The notes: a model not told the origin generated them from the letters alone. A DNA stretch of 64,000 nucleotides from Promethearchaeota archaeon (GCA_048938295.1 JBHLMI010000011.1:1337-65336), one strand, 5' to 3'. Shown: positions 9,741-19,050, counted from the first letter of the stretch. Translations and numbers: made by a program.

Positions 9741-10544
9741 TTGAATAATTCGGTGTCGGTCGATGCGTTGAAACCTACAACGTGGGGTGGGTTTTGGGAC
9801 ATTTTCGGTGAGGTTCTAGTTGACCTCCTAGATATTCAGGAAGGACAGCGTGTGCTAGATGTGGGCACCGGCGGGGGGTCCGTGCTCTATCCCCTTTCGA
9901 AAAAAGTCGGTGCATCAGGATGTGTCATTGGCGTCGAAACATGTGATCATTGTGTGAAAAATACCAATGCAGAAATTCAGCGATGTAAGATTCACAATGC
10001 AGTGGTGCATTACATGGATGCACGTGAAGCCGAATTCGAGGACTACTCCTTTGATTGCGTCACGGCTGGCTTCATTGGGTGGGACGATTACTTTGACTTC
10101 CAGACACTTGAGTACAAGAAAGCCGATGCGCTGATGGAGGCAATATGTAGATTTCTAAAGCCCGCAGGGAAGTTTGGCATGAGTACGTGGCTCCTGCAAG
10201 AGGATCTGGATTGGATGTATAAGTTCCTCTCAGCGCAGTCAATTGAGTGCAAACGCAATTACTCCACTGAGAATGAGAAAGGATGGAAAAAGATTCTCTC
10301 ACTAGCCGGATTCCAGAATATACGAGGATACACTAAGCAGGCTTCATTCACCTATGATACTCTTGATTTCTGGTGGCAAGAGATGATGGACTATAATTGG
10401 CTTGTCACAGGAAAAAACAGTGATGTGATTACTGAGTCCATAAAGGCAGCAGCGTTTGCATCATTACAAGGGCGGTTGACAGAGACTGGTGGCATACCCT
10501 TCAGGCGCGATGCACTCTTTGTGACGGCAATCCGCCAGGCATAG
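9741..10544 (+). CDS. class I SAM-dependent methyltransferase
   Basis: VLDVGTGGGSVL motif I; TTG start. Confidence 0.7.
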   Translation: MNNSVSVDALKPTTWGGFWDIFGEVLVDLLDIQEGQRVLDVGTGGGSVLYPLSKKVGASGCVIGVETCDHCVKNTNAEIQRCKIHNAVVHYMDAREAEFEDYSFDCVTAGFIGWDDYFDFQTLEYKKADALMEAICRFLKPAGKFGMSTWLLQEDLDWMYKFLSAQSIECKRNYSTENEKGWKKILSLAGFQNIRGYTKQASFTYDTLDFWWQEMMDYNWLVTGKNSDVITESIKAAAFASLQGRLTETGGIPFRRDALFVTAIRQA

Positions 10545-10661
10545 CTCACTATGAAGCCCAATTTCCTGGCAAACCAATTACACAAGATGACTTGAATTTC
10601 AGTTAGTTTTGGAAGACTTTTATTCATTATTCACGCATGCCTAGCTGGAGGGTCTAAGGTA

Positions 10662-11540
10662 GTGCGATTCTTCATTGGATTGTATACAAATTGGATGAAT
10701 GAGTGGCCGGCTATTGAAGAGGTGGTGCTGGCTGCCGATCGGTTGGGATTTGATGGCGTTGTGATGCCAGACCATTATATGTTCAGCGAAGAAGTCATGG
10801 CCATTCGTCCGGACCGGAATGCCACCTTAGAATCTTGGATTGCAATAGCGGTCCTTGCGAGTCGGACAGAGCGAGTGCGGTTGGGAACATTAGTATCGCC
10901 CATTCCACTGCGTCCCCCGGGATTACTGGCAAAGATAGTAACCACGGTGGATGTCTTGTCCAAGGGTCGAGTCGTATTAGGTGTGGGCGCCGGTTGGTCA
11001 GATGTCGAATTCGAAGGGTATAGCGTATGGGATTCACCCAAGGTACGCGTTGGTAAGGTTGAAGAAGGCGTGGAATTGATGCGCCGCTTATGGACCGAGG
11101 ACGCCGTGTCTTTTGAAGGGAAGTATTACCAGGCAAAGGATGCTGTGTTGGAACCGAAACCGGTGCAACAACCCCATCCAACCCTGCTCTTTGGAGGGCA
11201 TAAAAACCGAATGCTGAGGCTAGCTGGTCGGTTTGCTGATCTTGCATATATTAAAACCGCTGAGGAAAATTTGGATTTGGAATGTGAGCTCTTTGAGGAG
11301 AAAAAAGCGAAGGTGCTACAAAGTGCCAAGGACCATAATCGGAGCAATGAGCTGGCGTTTATGTTTGGGAGTTTTCATGTTCACCTCTTATATAGTGCAT
11401 TTGATGTGAAGGAGTGTCAGGATCGGGTGGAAGCCGCGGAAAAGGTGGGCGCCCAGTATTTTTTGACCCCATTTCCAGCGGGAAGACAAGTTGAAGCGAT
11501 GAAACAGTTTGCAAAAGAGATTATGCCATCTTATTCGTAA
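10662..11540 (+). CDS. LLM-class (luciferase-like) F420-dependent oxidoreductase
   Basis: LGFDGVVMPDHYMF and LGVGAGW motifs of the luciferase-like monooxygenase / Mer family; GTG start after ggaggg. Confidence 0.8.
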   Translation: MRFFIGLYTNWMNEWPAIEEVVLAADRLGFDGVVMPDHYMFSEEVMAIRPDRNATLESWIAIAVLASRTERVRLGTLVSPIPLRPPGLLAKIVTTVDVLSKGRVVLGVGAGWSDVEFEGYSVWDSPKVRVGKVEEGVELMRRLWTEDAVSFEGKYYQAKDAVLEPKPVQQPHPTLLFGGHKNRMLRLAGRFADLAYIKTAEENLDLECELFEEKKAKVLQSAKDHNRSNELAFMFGSFHVHLLYSAFDVKECQDRVEAAEKVGAQYFLTPFPAGRQVEAMKQFAKEIMPSYS

Positions 11541-11593
11541 GCACTAAATTCGTCTAGTCAACCAATTTTCTGTGTTACCGCCTTTTTGACAAT

Positions 11594-11650
11594 TATTCGA
11601 AGACGCGAGTCTTCAACATGCTGTGAACGATGATTTAATTCGTATCATAA
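11594..11650 (+). repeat. copy of conserved intergenic element
   Basis: TTCGAAGACgcgaGTCTTCaacatgcTGTGAACGATGATTTAATTCGTATCA; box1 forms perfect GAAGAC/GTCTTC hairpin. Confidence 0.55.
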
Positions 11651-11700
11651 ATGCACCACTCTGAAGTCAATAGCGAGCTTGTATGAATGAGGATTTGTTC

Positions 11701-12354
11701 TCATTCTTCGATATCGGTTTTCTTTTTCTGGAGCTGTTCAATGGTTTTGTAAGAGTTCCACAAATTACCTTGAAACATAGCAAAAGGGATAATCAAGATT
11801 AATTGGACTACGAACATACCCACTAACCTAATGAGGATCACCCCTAATGGGCCCCATAGAAGGCTTATCATCGCTTCTAGATTGACAAATGTTAGATAGA
11901 AGAATTTGGAAGCGGTGAAACACGCAAGATTAATTAAAAATAGTCCAAAACTGAAGATGAAATACAAGAGCAATTGCACGGCTCGTCGAAGATTTTTTTC
12001 CACATTCTGTTGGAGCTCAGCAAACTTTTCAGACGGAAATAAAGTGGGTTCTATTTCGAGGGTTTTGTTAGCTAGGTAGAACTGAATTTCGTGGCTGATG
12101 ATAGAACCAATGATGGCTAGTCCGAGAGCGTAGGTGATGGTGAGGAACATCACCAGCGGCATCCCCCACGTTGTAAGCATTTCTTGGGGATATTCGAGGA
12201 TATAAATCACAACTATGAATAAGAAGCCGAGAAGAACTCCTACTAACCCAAGTATGGCGTCAAAGTGGATAGTAGGGCGTTGAAGTTTGGCTGGATTATC
12301 CGTCACTATAAGACCTCCTGAGCAGTTCAACAGACACAGACCACATTCAGTCAT
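11701..12354 (-). CDS. hypothetical polytopic membrane protein
   Basis: 217 aa, 5-6 hydrophobic segments. Confidence 0.5.
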   Translation of the reverse strand: MTECGLCLLNCSGGLIVTDNPAKLQRPTIHFDAILGLVGVLLGFLFIVVIYILEYPQEMLTTWGMPLVMFLTITYALGLAIIGSIISHEIQFYLANKTLEIEPTLFPSEKFAELQQNVEKNLRRAVQLLLYFIFSFGLFLINLACFTASKFFYLTFVNLEAMISLLWGPLGVILIRLVGMFVVQLILIIPFAMFQGNLWNSYKTIEQLQKKKTDIEE

Positions 12355-12615
12355 GAGCCATCAACGGGAAATCGAACTGGTTCTCAAGAGCTTATTAGAA
12401 GACACTTTTTGGTTAATAAGATGTTACTTTACTTGATTAGCGTAGACTACTATTCTAGTTCTTGATGTGATGATGTTATTTAGTGCTCTTTTGTTTGGCT
12501 TCGGTTTCTGATACTATTTTCTGGTGTTATTTGGCAGCCACTAAGAGAGAGAAAATCCAATGATGATGCAAACCTGACTTTAGTTCGAAGATTGATCTGT
12601 AATTCTAAGTAATTG

Positions 12616-13146
12616 TTATTGTGAGGTAGCTTGGTTATTTGAGTCCTTGATTAGTTCAAACTGGCATCTAGCATCACAAATTTCATCAGGGTTCAGTGTG
12701 ACCACACTTAGGGCAATGGCCATTGGGTGTCTAAGTGGTTCCTTCCAATTTCGTTTTACTTTAGAAAGATGCACCTGTAAATCTTGGATGAATTCTGTGA
12801 GTCTGATGTCTAGACCATCAAACTGTCCCTTTTCCGCAACATGAAACCCAATAATCTTGGTGACCTTATGGCACGCTTCTTGATTTCCATTGTTAATCGG
12901 GTGTCTTTGAGAAAGCATAAGGCGGGTAGTGAGTTGGTTGAGTATGAGAGGAACAGTTTCCCATGCCTGTACCCAACGGTTGAGTATTTCGGATCCCTTT
13001 TTTTCCTGTGCATAGTTCACGAGTCCATCAGCTGTGGTACGTTCGAGTAATTGTCCGAGGGTTTGGTGAATGTAATAGTGGGTACGATAACGGCGATCTT
13101 CCACGGTTGCATCTTCTTCTTTGGTAAGAAGGCCTAGTTTTAACAT
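12616..13146 (-). CDS. TrmB/MarR-like winged-helix transcriptional regulator; annotated ATG is probably internal (open frame continues to 13347)
   Basis: Frame upstream of ATG encodes SRIQDIIRVINQDSTLLIYAYLQLFGKTTPSELREKTELAHASVFRSLALMLKLGLLTKEED, a complete wHTH that spans the annotated Met; no in-frame ATG/GTG/TTG found upstream. Confidence 0.6.
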   Translation of the reverse strand: MLKLGLLTKEEDATVEDRRYRTHYYIHQTLGQLLERTTADGLVNYAQEKKGSEILNRWVQAWETVPLILNQLTTRLMLSQRHPINNGNQEACHKVTKIIGFHVAEKGQFDGLDIRLTEFIQDLQVHLSKVKRNWKEPLRHPMAIALSVVTLNPDEICDARCQFELIKDSNNQATSQ

Positions 13147-13488
13147 CAGGGCTAGACTTCTGAATACGCTGGCATGTGCAAGTTCAGTTTTTTCCCTCAG
13201 TTCGGATGGCGTGGTTTTGCCGAAGAGTTGTAAGTAAGCGTAGATGAGTAATGTCGAGTCTTGGTTGATGACTCGAATGATGTCTTGAATTCTTGAGAGT
13301 TTGACATCTTGAGATGCAGTGGGGGATGGATTGGGAGGAATTGCAGTTCACCTACTCAGAGACGATGACCTAGTGATGTGTATGTGGATCGTCCAGTTCT
13401 TGACTGAAGTCCGTTGAGAGTAGTTGCCTTTTGTCTTAAGAATATATCTTGTGAGATATAGGTTCGTAACTCGGAGGCTAATAGCTAC

Positions 13489-14358
13489 TCAATTAATGAG
13501 CGCAAAGCGGGTATTCGGGTAATCGATGACTAGTGTGTAACTCTTCAGGAAGGGATATCCGAGAACGCCATAATTAATTTCGTCACCGTTTGGAGAAATT
13601 AGTTTGAGATCGATTACACCCACATCCATGTTCTCTTGGGTGACTGAACCCACGGTGAGTTGGTGTAAGGTCGCACCAAATCCGGTTGCAACGCCTGTAG
13701 GGCCAACACAAACGCCTTGAGAACATCCCTGAGCTTGCGCAATTTTCTGCTCTTCGCTGCGTTGGGGTTGGTCATCAGTAATTCCTAATGTGTTCGCTAT
13801 TGAAGGAGTGATGACCGTTCCAGAAGCTCCAGTATCGAGGATTAGTTCAAAAGGTCCCTGACCGTTAAGGTGAACAGGAACCCTCATTAGATGAGTGCCT
13901 TCTACATACTGGAATGGAATCCACTCGACATTCTTCTCACCCATTGCTGATGGATCTAGCTGTTTTTCGAGTGTTACGGTTTCAGTCTGATAGTCAATTA
14001 TTAGGATGTAATCTTTCAAAATATCGTGACCAATGACTCCTGGGGTGAAACAACCAGCTCCCGTGATCGGGCTAAAATCGATTATTGCAATCGCCTTATC
14101 GTGAAAGGTGAATTTTCCTAATTGGAGGCTCGACACCGTTGCTGTTTTGACGGGAATTGGGTTTCCACCCACACCAATGGCTTTGGCTTTGGAACTTTGA
14201 TATACCTCGAGGTCAATCTGATCAGCGAGCGCTTTGGAGATCACTGTCATTCCAGCCCCGGTGTCCAATGTGAAGTCAAATGGGCCTTTTCCGTTGACAT
14301 ATGCTGAGAGGTGGATGTGACCTGAATCTTTGGCGAGTCTAATTTTCACAGTGCTCAC
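13489..14358 (-). CDS. tandem retropepsin-like (clan AA) aspartic protease
   Basis: Two DTGA active-site motifs (FTLDTGAGMTVIS and LILDTGASGTVIT) in one 289-aa chain = pepsin-like pseudo-dimer. Confidence 0.8.
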   Translation of the reverse strand: MSTVKIRLAKDSGHIHLSAYVNGKGPFDFTLDTGAGMTVISKALADQIDLEVYQSSKAKAIGVGGNPIPVKTATVSSLQLGKFTFHDKAIAIIDFSPITGAGCFTPGVIGHDILKDYILIIDYQTETVTLEKQLDPSAMGEKNVEWIPFQYVEGTHLMRVPVHLNGQGPFELILDTGASGTVITPSIANTLGITDDQPQRSEEQKIAQAQGCSQGVCVGPTGVATGFGATLHQLTVGSVTQENMDVGVIDLKLISPNGDEINYGVLGYPFLKSYTLVIDYPNTRFALIN

Positions 14359-14433
14359 TTCTTTTTACTTTTAAGGGAAACTATATCACGGATGATATAT
14401 ATTAAACCTGTCTCTTCAATGAGATATATTAAG

Positions 14434-14492
14434 TTTTCGATGACAGAGATGCTGTTTTTCACTAATGAAGTGAAAGGTGATTTGTTTTACAT
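14434..14492 (+). repeat. copy of conserved intergenic element (degenerate box1 TTCGATGAC)
   Basis: box2 GAAGTGAAAGGTGATTTGTTTTACATC; stem GTGAAA/TTTTAC retains pairing via G-U. Confidence 0.55.
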
Positions 14493-14692
14493 CTTAAGAA
14501 ATCATGCATCTCAAATCTTCAGCGAATTAAAGAACTAAGCTACTATCTTGATCCACTTTTCGATGGTTTTATGGAAACGAAAGCACCATATTCCCCCTCC
14601 ATACACCTTGAAATCCTCATTCAGCGTTTCCTAAAAACAGACCAAAATCCTTTTTTCAGAAATTCTCTATTGTGAATGAGGTGTAGCTATGC

Positions 14693-15217
14693 ATGGTTTC
14701 AAAATATAGTTTCAAAGTTATTATGATGGGAGATGGTGCAGTTGGAAAAACCTCTTTGGTTATTCGATATACGGAAAATCGTTTTGATCTAAAATACAAA
14801 GCGACTTTAGGTGCAGCCTTTGCCGCCAAAGAGGTTAAGATCACTAATGTCGAAATCAACCTAATGATTTGGGATCTAGCAGGTCAGCCTTCGTTTGATG
14901 AGGTACGGGATCGTTATTACCTAGGTTCTTCAGCAGCCATACTTGTTTTCGACGTTACTAATGCTTCAACCACTGAGAAACTAAGAAACTGGTTAGTAAA
15001 ATTCAGAAAACAGGTTCCGAAAGGACCAGTCATTTTAGTTGGGAATAAAACAGATTTGGAGGAAAAACGTCAAATCTCAACCCAAGAAGCACATGAGATT
15101 AGAGACAAATTACAATTACCGTATTTTGAAACATCCTGTTCAACCGGCGATGGAGTCAATGAGGTATTCCACAGCCTTATCATTAAAACCCTCGAAGCCA
15201 AGGAAAGAAGAAGATAA
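14693..15217 (+). CDS. Ras/Rab-family small GTPase
   Basis: G1 GDGAVGKTSL, G3 WDLAGQ, G4 GNKTD, G5 ETSCSTG; 174 aa; ATG preceded by gaggtg. Confidence 0.9.
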   Translation: MVSKYSFKVIMMGDGAVGKTSLVIRYTENRFDLKYKATLGAAFAAKEVKITNVEINLMIWDLAGQPSFDEVRDRYYLGSSAAILVFDVTNASTTEKLRNWLVKFRKQVPKGPVILVGNKTDLEEKRQISTQEAHEIRDKLQLPYFETSCSTGDGVNEVFHSLIIKTLEAKERRR

Positions 15218-15389
15218 ACAGCTAAACGCCCAAATAGCGTTTATGAATCATATGGTTATTTTTCTCTTCGATGAGCATCGCATCATTCTTTCTAATTATA
15301 TCAAAATAAGATTTTACCTGAGGATTTGTTCAAGCATTAATTCTCTTTGAGTTGGTCTCTTTTACAATTGTTATTGGCTTTTTGAGATA

Positions 15390-15451
15390 TTTTCGAAGAC
15401 ATACATGCCTAGAATCTTTCAAGTGATGTGAAAGATAGATTTGTTTTACAT
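15390..15451 (+). repeat. copy of conserved intergenic element (near-consensus)
   Basis: TTTCGAAGACATACATGCCTAGAATCTTTCAAGTGATGTGAAAGATAGATTTGTTTTACATC. Confidence 0.7.
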
Positions 15452-15540
15452 CGCGGGCTAAGCGGAAAATTAAATTTCTGAGATTAGGGTCATGCATGAT
15501 AAAACTTGGCTGTCACGAGCTCATTTTCATCGTTTTGCTA

Positions 15541-15601
15541 AAAAAAGAAAGAGCCGAAAGGACACTCCAAGCCATCTATTTGAGGTTATGGTGTCCTTTT
15601 A
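15541..15601 (-). terminator. hairpin plus T-tract at 3' end of secreted-protein gene
   Basis: AAAGGACAC...GTGTCCTTT 9-bp stem overlapping stop of 15586..16569; on minus strand followed by ctttcttttttt. Confidence 0.4.
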
Positions 15602-16569
15602 CGGCGAATTGCGATTATAGCGATTGCTACTAACGCGATTGTTATAATGGCAGTTCCAAGTGCAATCTCTGGCGTAATCAGAGGAAACGGTGTGAGGGGT
15701 AGGGCTGCGATTCCAAGTTTCGGATCATGGAGAATGTTCGTTCCATGTGGATAGCTCAACACAATGAGTGCGCCCTCTGCTGAGTCAATTACTGAGGAAT
15801 TGACCGGGACGGAGTCTCCGTCAACGAGGGCTTCTTTGAGCCAAGAATAGTAGCTACTGATAGTGTTAGAGTGAATTTCGATTTCTTCTTCGGTCCCTTG
15901 GATTTCGGTCTTAATCTCTCGTTCAGAGCTAGCCTCTGCAATCAATGCTAGTGCTCCATCTTCTTGATAAGGGAAGTTCTCGATTACGATGGTAAGTTTC
16001 ATCTCAGTTGGATGAATGAAAGACTCGTTGAGGACCGCATAGGTTGGAAAGATATTTGCAATAATCTGAAAGGTGTAACTTTCGTTGATTATGTGAGCTT
16101 CGATTTGGTATCCGAGTTCTCCATCGTCTGATGTAATTTGGGTAAGTATTGGGTCACTGTAATTGCGTGAAGTAAGATCGATCATGCCTCCGGAAACGGC
16201 TTCTCCAAGATTATAGATGCCATCAGCGTTTTGATCAATGAATTCGACTAACTGCTCGAATTTAACTTCTAATTCGAGTTCATATTCGCTGGCATTGATT
16301 TCTGTGCTATATCCAAGTTCCAACTTGATGCCCTCATTAGTGGCAAAGCTAATTTCGAACTCGTTTTCATTGGGTTCATTGACAAATTCGGAGTGAACCG
16401 TGATCATGCTATCCTCTGTTTCTATGTGCAGTTCGCGTTCTTCGGTGTCTTCAATGTGGTCGTCGATTCCATCATTGTCGTCGTCACCGTTACTAGTGCC
16501 ATTCACTTGAAATAGGTGGAAGCTAGAGAGAATCACTAATAGTAGGAATATCATTGCTAGTTTCTTCAT
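15586..16569 (-). CDS. secreted acidic protein with signal peptide and C-terminal TM anchor
   Basis: N-terminal MKKLAMIFLLLVILSSF signal; very acidic (DDDNDGIDDHIEDTEE); C-terminal PLTPFPLITPEIALGTAIITIALVAIAIIAIRRKRTP archaeal-type anchor. Confidence 0.65.
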   Translation of the reverse strand: MKKLAMIFLLLVILSSFHLFQVNGTSNGDDDNDGIDDHIEDTEERELHIETEDSMITVHSEFVNEPNENEFEISFATNEGIKLELGYSTEINASEYELELEVKFEQLVEFIDQNADGIYNLGEAVSGGMIDLTSRNYSDPILTQITSDDGELGYQIEAHIINESYTFQIIANIFPTYAVLNESFIHPTEMKLTIVIENFPYQEDGALALIAEASSEREIKTEIQGTEEEIEIHSNTISSYYSWLKEALVDGDSVPVNSSVIDSAEGALIVLSYPHGTNILHDPKLGIAALPLTPFPLITPEIALGTAIITIALVAIAIIAIRRKRTP

Positions 16570-16650
16570 TTAAAATCACCTCTAATCGCTTATTTTGCGA
16601 TTTTGCAGGAAAATAGCCGTATTCTGCCGATTTAACCTTTTATTTCAAGT

Positions 16651-16722
16651 TTTTTTGACTAATCAGAACTTGACAGTCAATTTTTCTTGACTGACTCAAA
16701 GTCAACTCTTTTTGACTCTCAA
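16651..16722. promoter_or_regulatory. array of TTGAC-containing palindromes (candidate operator)
   Basis: TTGACtaatcag, TTGACAGTCAA, TTGACTGACTCAAAGTCAA, TTGACtctcAA within 70 bp between regulator gene 16719..17573 and secreted-protein gene. Confidence 0.35.
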
Positions 16723-17573
16723 AAGCCCAAATTCAAAAGAAGCAACACCGCAATGCTCAGATAGGCCATAATAAAGCTCACAAATGCGGCTTTATCCAAA
16801 CGCAATATTTTGGCATGACTCACAGCAACTGTCAGGATAGCAAGTGTCCATGTTTGACTAAACAAGAAAAAGCCTCGTAGTAGCCATCCAAACCAAATGA
16901 ATTCCAACTGCCATTGAAGGCTATCATTAAGAAACCAGACGGTAGCAAAGATCACGAAGGGAATTGCTGAGATTACTATGCCTGTAAAGAGATTTGCGTT
17001 TCCAGTTTTTCTTTGAAATAATGCTAGACATAACAAGGCAATAAGAACAAAAATAGTCGTCCAATTCAAGAGAAATTGACCAATCGAAAAGGGCAGAATT
17101 AGGTTTTGAGGGACATAAAAAAGGAGAATTGGTTGAAGACCAGAAACAAAGCCCATCCAGGCGCCAAATACCAATAAGAGAATGGCTATCGGGGTTTGTC
17201 GTCGCCAATTGCCATTGAGGTGCGGCCAAAGCCAGTCAAATAAGAATGCGATTTTGAGTACAGTATAAAGCCTGGTGAAAGGTGTCTGAGATGTGACCCT
17301 GCCTTTCACGTGAAGCGTGTTGCTGGTGGTGAGGAGCTTGTATGCTTCTTTGCCTTTTGTACTGAGCCGATATTTATGGTCTTCAGTCTGTTCAATTAGA
17401 CCTCCAAGGTTGTCAAGATGATAATATAATTTTCCTGGTCCAAGGTTTAGGAGTTCTTTGAGTTCAGTGGACCCCAGCAATTCTTGGGAATCTAAAAGTT
17501 CGACTATTCGTCGACGGATCGGGTGGTTAAGAGCGTGATAGATTTTTTGCCGATCCTTTTTCATATTCTCCAA
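16719..17573 (-). CDS. membrane-anchored winged-helix (ArsR-like) transcriptional regulator
   Basis: N-terminal IYHALNHPIRRRIVELLDSQELLGSTELKELLNLGPGKLYYHLDNLGGLIE wHTH followed by ~5 TM helices. Confidence 0.7.
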   Translation of the reverse strand: MENMKKDRQKIYHALNHPIRRRIVELLDSQELLGSTELKELLNLGPGKLYYHLDNLGGLIEQTEDHKYRLSTKGKEAYKLLTTSNTLHVKGRVTSQTPFTRLYTVLKIAFLFDWLWPHLNGNWRRQTPIAILLLVFGAWMGFVSGLQPILLFYVPQNLILPFSIGQFLLNWTTIFVLIALLCLALFQRKTGNANLFTGIVISAIPFVIFATVWFLNDSLQWQLEFIWFGWLLRGFFLFSQTWTLAILTVAVSHAKILRLDKAAFVSFIMAYLSIAVLLLLNLGF

Positions 17574-17764
17574 CTCAAAAAATATGCTAGAAAATCTTAA
17601 TTCTGGAGTAAATCGAGAAATTTCTTGTAAAAAGCTTTGTAAATTGCTAACGAGACATGGATGTTCAATTAGAAAACCGCATATGGCATGAGTAAAAGCG
17701 GCGATTATCGGCTCCTGGGACTGAACCAGTTCGTTCTTTGAGCGTTATCCGCTATTTCTTTTTA

Positions 17765-17822
17765 ATTTCGAAGACATACCTGTGATTTCTAACAAATAAT
17801 GTGAAAGATTTCATCTTTTAAG
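17765..17822 (+). repeat. copy of conserved intergenic element
   Basis: ATTTCGAAGACATACCTGTGATTTCTAACAAATAATGTGAAAGATTTCATCTTTTAAG. Confidence 0.6.
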
Positions 17823-17895
17823 TTATTTATCTTGAAAACCTTGACAACAATCTTATCTTGAGATGCTTGCTCAAAGACCAATCTGCGTTCTGATG

Positions 17896-18822
17896 TCAGA
17901 GTGTTACGTCTTCATCTTGTGTGTCATTATGTTGTAAGGTCGCTTGGTCAGCTGTCTTCCGTGATCGGTACCAGTAACTTACGATAATAACGCTCATCAG
18001 AACAACAACACCCAGAATGATAAATAGATCGGGATTAATTGGCGATTCAATACCAATCAATCCGGGGAGAGTCCTGATTAGTGTTCGTGAGTTCAACACA
18101 ATGAGAATTGTGCCCACCAGCGTGCCCAAAAGGTAAGCTGAGACGCGTTTACAGGTATACGCGGCCACTGGAGCGGCAATAATCCCACCAATGATTAGTG
18201 GGATGGTTATGAACCAGAGGAAATTCTCAAAGCCCACAGTAATCCCGAATGTAATGACAATAGCCACCGTTGTAAAAAACTCGGCAATGTTTACTGAACC
18301 GATGATGACCCTGGGCTCTTTTTTATTCGCCGATACTAGCGTAGAAGTGCAAATCGGTCCCCAACCTCCGCCACCAAAGGCATCCACGGTTCCCCCAATC
18401 AATCCTAAAACTAGCAGAAAGCGATTTGAGAACTCGCCTTTATACAGTAGGATTTGTTTCTTCCAGAGAAATCTCACAAAAATCCTAATACCTAGAATTA
18501 GGAGAATTATTGCGACGATTGGGCTAACAAATTCGCTAGGTAGGGTTGCCAGAAAATAGGCTCCCACGATTCCACCTATAATCCCTGTGCCGGTTAATGG
18601 TACCGCGATTTTCTTCTCGACATTTCCAAAACGAAGATGGGAGGCTCCCGAAGCTAAACTCGCAAAGATTTCAGAAGTATGAACCGATGCAGATGCGAGA
18701 ACAGGCATTATGCCCGCCGTTATCAAGAAGGAGGAGGACGAGGCACCGTAACCCATTCCCAGCGCGCCATCGATATATTGAGCTAAAAAGCCGATCACCA
18801 AGATGATGAGGAAAGACCACAT
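17896..18822 (-). CDS. TauE/SafE (TSUP) family anion permease
   Basis: GMGYGASSSS and GGTVDAFGGGGWGP glycine-rich motifs, ~8 TM, internal duplication typical of PF01925. Confidence 0.75.
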   Translation of the reverse strand: MWSFLIILVIGFLAQYIDGALGMGYGASSSSFLITAGIMPVLASASVHTSEIFASLASGASHLRFGNVEKKIAVPLTGTGIIGGIVGAYFLATLPSEFVSPIVAIILLILGIRIFVRFLWKKQILLYKGEFSNRFLLVLGLIGGTVDAFGGGGWGPICTSTLVSANKKEPRVIIGSVNIAEFFTTVAIVITFGITVGFENFLWFITIPLIIGGIIAAPVAAYTCKRVSAYLLGTLVGTILIVLNSRTLIRTLPGLIGIESPINPDLFIILGVVVLMSVIIVSYWYRSRKTADQATLQHNDTQDEDVTL

Positions 18823-18840
18823 GGAAAATCACTTTGCAGA

Positions 18841-19050
18841 CTATGTAGAAGCATCGGGCTTAACCCGCTTCACCTTCTTGGGAACAATCAGGATGCGGTT
18901 GTTCCGTAAAAGAATCCATCGAATTCGATCCCCATCTTGGAGTCCAAGATGATCCACAATCTCTTTCGGGACCGTGGTGCGTCTTCTGGTTTTACGGATT
19001 GTCAGGCTCGTTTCGGTGATGTATTCCACTTCATTTAAATCAATTTGCAA
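18841..19050 (-). CDS. AbrB/MazE/SpoVT-type swapped-hairpin DNA-binding protein
   Basis: 69 aa; TVPKEIVDHLGLQDGDRI matches AbrB/MazE fold signature; 18-bp upstream of TauE gene. Confidence 0.55.
   Translation of the reverse strand: MQIDLNEVEYITETSLTIRKTRRRTTVPKEIVDHLGLQDGDRIRWILLRNNRILIVPKKVKRVKPDAST

Noticed and set aside
16651-16722. Reading TTGACA as bacterial sigma70 -35 boxes
   Set aside because: Gene content and promoter architecture indicate an archaeon; interpreted instead as palindromic operator half-sites.
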